From an uncultured Bacteroides sp. (GTDB lineage Bacteria; Bacteroidota; Bacteroidia; Bacteroidales; Bacteroidaceae): a stretch of DNA of 64,000 bases. The position numbers were made by a program, and so were the translations under genes. The notes below the pieces were generated by a model. That model worked only from the letters and a program-made list of their open reading frames with translations, was not told the origin of the DNA and did not search any database. Shown here piece by piece: positions 60,442-64,000 of the stretch (positions are counted from its first letter, which is position 1; each line of letters begins with the position of its first letter). Location: positions 17,164-81,163 of the forward strand of contig CALUOR010000006.1 in the NCBI GenBank assembly GCA_944322285.1. The letters run 5' to 3'.

Positions 60442-60990
60442 ATGATTAATTATTCTGTTTACATGATGGTTCCTACTTACAGTAAGGACGAAACTCCGAA
60501 GGCGTATGCCAAAAACCAAGTCTCTGAAATCTGGACGCTGGAGAAATTTGCCAAGCATATTTCCGACCACAATGGCGTGTATTCGCGCGGTACGGTCAAA
60601 GGCGTTATCTCGGACATGTGCGAGTGTCTGGTGGAACAACTGCTCAACGGGAGAAAAATCCAACTGGGCGAACTGGGTACTTTCGGTGTTTCCATCAGCT
60701 GTGAAGGGGCCGAGAGTATCGAGAAATTCACCGCGAAAAACATTAAGTCGGTCAACATCCTGTTTACACCGGGAGTCGATTTTGAAAATCTGCGGTCGCG
60801 AGCCGAGTTTGCTCCGGTAGCCAGCCGCGCCGCTCAAGTAGCTACGCTGAAGGCAGAGAAGGCCGGTGAGACTACTGTAGACTTGGAGGCAGCCAAAGGC
60901 GGTTCGTCTTCTTCTACGGGAGGCTCTGAGAATACAGATTCAACCGGCGGAAACGGAGGCAATAGCGAAACAGATGATCCATTGGCATAA
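60442..60990 (+). CDS. HU-family (Bacteroidetes histone-like) DNA-binding protein
   Basis: SRGTVKGVI...LLNGRKIQLGELGTF..SISCEG...VNILFTPG, Gly/Ser-rich tail ending DDPLA; TACCTTTG -7 box at 60300-60307. Confidence 0.88.
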   Translation: MINYSVYMMVPTYSKDETPKAYAKNQVSEIWTLEKFAKHISDHNGVYSRGTVKGVISDMCECLVEQLLNGRKIQLGELGTFGVSISCEGAESIEKFTAKNIKSVNILFTPGVDFENLRSRAEFAPVASRAAQVATLKAEKAGETTVDLEAAKGGSSSSTGGSENTDSTGGNGGNSETDDPLA

Positions 60991-61046
60991 AAGGTCTGTC
61001 CTCTCCAAAGGAACTGCCGGATAGGGATATTCCCTAAGCATATCCG

Positions 61047-61197
61047 GAGGGTGTATTAAAATACAAAACTCCTATCCTACTGTCATTGGTAGCGGAGCGA
61101 AGCGTAGTCGAAACATCTCGCATAAGCCTACGGGAGACCCTTCGACTTCGCTCCAGGGTGACAAAATGATCGTAACTTTACATTATGATACACCCTC
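61047..61197. repeat. REP-like palindrome inside GAGGGTGTAT / ATACACCCTC inverted ends
   Basis: 10-bp outer inverted repeat; the inner TGTCAT...GCGTAGTCGAAACATCT...CTTCGACTTCGCTC...TGACA is related to 20907-20975. Confidence 0.7.
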
Positions 61198-61255
61198 TAG
61201 ATTAATCCAGACTCTTATGAAATTTATCTTATTCATTTATTTTACAACAAAGCGT

Positions 61256-61354
61256 ATGAAAACAAATTTAAGGAGCATTCTGCTCTATGTCGTGAGATTC
61301 TTTGAGTTGCTTATCAGCGGTGCCGCAGGAGGGGCGCTTGGAAGCAACTTATGA
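61256..61354 (+). CDS. Small hydrophobic peptide (smalltalk-like)
   Basis: MKTNLRSILLYVVRFFELLISGAAGGALGSNL, lying between the HU and amidase genes, with an ATGA overlap. Confidence 0.55.
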   Translation: MKTNLRSILLYVVRFFELLISGAAGGALGSNL

Positions 61355-61770
61355 GAACTATTACTCTTATTATCGTGCACTGCTCCGCCAATAAGGCGGG
61401 CAGCGCCTTGCGAATGGCGGATATTGACCGCTATCATCGCTCATTAGGTTGGCTAGGTTGCGGCTATCATTATGTGATTCCTACGGATGGAACCATCGAA
61501 GTGGGCAGACCGGAAGAAATGGTGGGGGCGCACTGCCAAAACCATAACAAGCATTCGATTGGTGTCTGCTACATAGGCGGCTTGTCCGCGGACGGTTCCC
61601 CCATGGATACACGGACGGAAGCGCAACGTGCCGCCTTATTGAAACTCCTTACTGACCTGCACCGAAGATACCCTAGAGCCTTGATTGTAGGTCATCGGGA
61701 CTTGAATCCGCATAAGGCATGTCCTTGTTTCGATGTGGTGGGGGAGTACCGGAATTTTGTTGTTAAATGA
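61351..61770 (+). CDS. N-acetylmuramoyl-L-alanine amidase (Amidase_2, T7-lysozyme-like)
   Basis: IIVHCSA, GYHYVI, GAHC, SIGVCYIGG, GHRD...KACPCFD. Confidence 0.92.
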   Translation: MRTITLIIVHCSANKAGSALRMADIDRYHRSLGWLGCGYHYVIPTDGTIEVGRPEEMVGAHCQNHNKHSIGVCYIGGLSADGSPMDTRTEAQRAALLKLLTDLHRRYPRALIVGHRDLNPHKACPCFDVVGEYRNFVVK

Positions 61771-62057
61771 TAATTTAGCGGGGCGGAGCCCCGCTTGAAT
61801 GAAGAATTAGAGTAATCAACTCCCCTCCTTCGGGAAGGAGGGGTGCCCACCGGGCGGGGTGGTAGGAAAAGCATGGTTCGACCTATTTATATAATAAGAA
61901 GAATAGGAGTCGCTAAAGCGGCCTATTTACCCTACCACCTCCCCCTTCGGGGACTCCTCCTTCCAGAAGGAGGAGAGTTCCGTTGCCATTCTTCATTTAT
62001 CATTCTTAATTCTTCATTCTTCATTTAAAGCACGCTTGCGCGCGCTAAATTCCCCTT
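61765..62057 (+). repeat. Constant-end element (family 1), copy 6, with different nested cargo
   Basis: AAATGATAATTTA overlaps the amidase stop; GC hairpin; AATGAAG / CTTCATT 7-mer arms around a CTCCCCTCCTT..GGAGGGG multi-hairpin; ends with CTAAATTCCCCTT. Confidence 0.75.
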
Positions 62058-62723
62058 CATCCGAACATCCATCAGCATTTCCAGCCGGTCATGCCGATGG
62101 ATGTCCGTCCCTGCATAATCATACATTCCTTTCTTCAGCAATGCTTGGGCTTTCTTCCGCGCGTCTTTTCCGTATGCGCCTGCAAGTGAAAGCAGGTTCA
62201 GCTGGAAGCGGACGTCCATGGATTTCAGTAGACGGTAATCTTTATCCTCCATGTAGAGGTATCGCTCCGGATGCGCCAGGACGGGGTAATAGCCTTTGGC
62301 CTTTATCCGTAGCAGGATATCTTGCAATCCCATGGGCGGATTGAAGTAGGAGGTTTCCACCAGCAGATGTTTTCCTTCCATGCCGATGGGAAGCAGGTCG
62401 TTTTGCTCCAGCCGTTCTTCAAAGAGCTTGTCCAGCATGTTTTCGGCGGAAAGACGCAAGGTGACATTTCCCTGATAGGCCGCTTGCAACTCGGTGAAAC
62501 GTTCGCGCAGACGCTCCGTTGTGTTTGGCACATCTTCCATGATGTGGGGCGTGAGCCATACCTCTTTTATGCCCAGTCTTTCATATGCTGCAAGAATCCG
62601 CAGGGCTTCCTCCATGGTCTGTACTCCATCGTCCACACCGGGAAGGATATGGCTGTGCCAGTCGGTGAAGCCACGGAAGAAACCGCTTTCTTCCAAGGTT
62701 TGGGTTTTATGGAAAGGCCACAT
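62025..62723 (-). CDS. CpsB/CapC PHP-family tyrosine-protein phosphatase
   Basis: DWHSHILPGVDDG, LTPH, LAHPERY, GTDIH; start reassigned to MWPFHK. Confidence 0.92.
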   Translation of the reverse strand: MWPFHKTQTLEESGFFRGFTDWHSHILPGVDDGVQTMEEALRILAAYERLGIKEVWLTPHIMEDVPNTTERLRERFTELQAAYQGNVTLRLSAENMLDKLFEERLEQNDLLPIGMEGKHLLVETSYFNPPMGLQDILLRIKAKGYYPVLAHPERYLYMEDKDYRLLKSMDVRFQLNLLSLAGAYGKDARKKAQALLKKGMYDYAGTDIHRHDRLEMLMDVRMKGNLARASVL

Positions 62724-62724
62724 G

Positions 62725-62946
62725 AATGATAATTTATCTGTCTCAGGGAACGCAGACGACGCAGAATACACAGATGAACGCAGACTTATATTTTTTCAGT
62801 GCAAATAGGCGAAGCCCTTTATTTTCTGCGAGCCTCTGCGCCCGTCTGCGTAGTCTGCGTTCTCCTAATTCAGCCCGCTAAATTCCCATTTAACAAAATC
62901 GTAAATTGTAAATTGCTAAATCGTAAATGAGCTAAATTCCCATTTA
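62725..62946 (+). repeat. Constant-end element (family 1), copy 7
   Basis: AATGATAATTTA, ACGCAGA / TCTGCGT inverted arrays, then a 69-bp doubled right end identical to 31129-31197. Confidence 0.85.
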
Positions 62947-63999
62947 CTTACTACTATAATAATCCTTGCTGCCATAGCCATAGTGGTAACCGTATTTGTA
63001 ACCATAACGATAACCGTAGCGGCTGCTTCCTCCGTCTGTGCCATTCAGAATGACGGCCATGTTCTTATACCGTTTTTCATTGTAAGCGCGCTGGAGTTCG
63101 GGCAACATGTCGCGTTCCAACAAGCCTGCACGGACTACAAAGAGCGTGCGGTCCGCGTGTTTCTCAATGATTTGCGTATCTGCCACGATGTCGATAGGAG
63201 GACAGTCGATGAAGATACAGTCGAATTCATTGCGCATCTTTTCAATGAGTTCGCCAAAACGAGGTTCGGCAAGCAGCTCGGTGGGATTGGGAGGAATGGT
63301 GCCAACGGGCAAGATATACAGCAACTCGTAATCCGGTATCTCCACCACGAGTTGCATCGGGTCGTTTTCCTGTTTCCCCAAATAATTGCTCAGTCCTTTG
63401 TGCGGTGAACCTACGTAATGCGAGATGGAAGCACGGCGCAAGTCGCCATCGATGACCAATACCCGTTTCCCTTTCAAGGCAAGGCTGGCGGCTGTATTGA
63501 TGGTCAAGAAGGTTTTTCCGCTGCCCGGATTGAACGAAGTGAACAGGATGACATTCGTCTTTCCCTCTTGGCCGGCATCGAGCATGAACTCCAAATTGGT
63601 GCGCAACACACGAAAAGCCTCGTTGATGATGTTGCGGCTGCCATGCTTGATGACAATGGGCTGCAGGCTATCCTTGGATTTCTTCGTTTTTTTCTTGTCG
63701 AACGCCATGGGTATCTCTCCGGCGAAAGGCAAGGAAAGCGCTTCCAAGTCTTTGCGTCCGCGTAATTTGGTGTTCAGGCTTTCGCGAACGAAGATAATGC
63801 CTATCGGGATAAACAAGCCCAACGCGAAGGCCATCATCAGATACTTCTTTTTGACCGGAGCGGTAGGAGCCATGTCGCCGGTAGGCGGCATGATGATGCG
63901 GGTATTGTAGGCGGTAAAGGCTTGCGAAAGCTCGTTCTCCTCACGTTTTTGCAAAAGGAAAAGATACAACGCCTCTTTTACCTTTTGCTGGCGTTCCAC
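62944..63999 (-). CDS. wzc: Polysaccharide co-polymerase / BY tyrosine autokinase (partial; N-terminus beyond the window)
   Basis: EAFRVLRTNL, Walker A SFNPGSGKT, VIDGDLR, IDCPP, C-terminal Tyr cluster YGYRYGYKYGYHYGY. Confidence 0.95.
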   Translation of the reverse strand: MERQQKVKEALYLFLLQKREENELSQAFTAYNTRIIMPPTGDMAPTAPVKKKYLMMAFALGLFIPIGIIFVRESLNTKLRGRKDLEALSLPFAGEIPMAFDKKKTKKSKDSLQPIVIKHGSRNIINEAFRVLRTNLEFMLDAGQEGKTNVILFTSFNPGSGKTFLTINTAASLALKGKRVLVIDGDLRRASISHYVGSPHKGLSNYLGKQENDPMQLVVEIPDYELLYILPVGTIPPNPTELLAEPRFGELIEKMRNEFDCIFIDCPPIDIVADTQIIEKHADRTLFVVRAGLLERDMLPELQRAYNEKRYKNMAVILNGTDGGSSRYGYRYGYKYGYHYGYGSKDYYSSK

Positions 64000-64000
64000 G

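Noticed and set aside
60442-61770. Prophage lysis region
   Set aside because: No structural, terminase or integrase genes; this trio is common near Bacteroides capsule loci.
62724-62771. N-terminal extensions in the ORF track (phosphatase; likewise 20817-20912 and 28506-28577)
   Set aside because: They read through repeat elements; downstream ATGs give proper signal peptides or family-typical starts.

Overview
Bacteroidales (Bacteroides/Phocaeicola-like) chromosomal window, almost entirely encoded on the minus strand. 1-25.2 kb is glycan utilisation: a GH2 (partial), a DUF5107/TPR protein, a hybrid two-component sensor, SusC/SusD, two DUF4962/heparinase II-III-type lyases, a Ser-type sulfatase and an embedded DUF3575 + pilin-like lipoprotein module. 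25.4-64 kb is a capsular polysaccharide locus (wzc, PHP phosphatase, wzx, wzy, GTs, wcaJ, YjbH-like genes) interleaved with many accessory genes. The best candidate for an undescribed system is a two-gene cassette inside the capsule operon: a 205-aa orphan coupled to a 1081-aa reverse transcriptase (YVDD) fused to an HD phosphohydrolase. Also present are a Cas2-like + ABC-ATPase(DUF3696) + RelE-like trio, a PIN-like/TM protein, TA modules and IS66 scars. The non-coding DNA holds a family of elements with constant ends (AAATGATAATTTA ... CTAAATTCCCATTTA) and interchangeable palindromic cargo at gene junctions, plus a second repeat family that brackets small gene units like cassettes. All family assignments come from motif recognition by eye; no searches were run.
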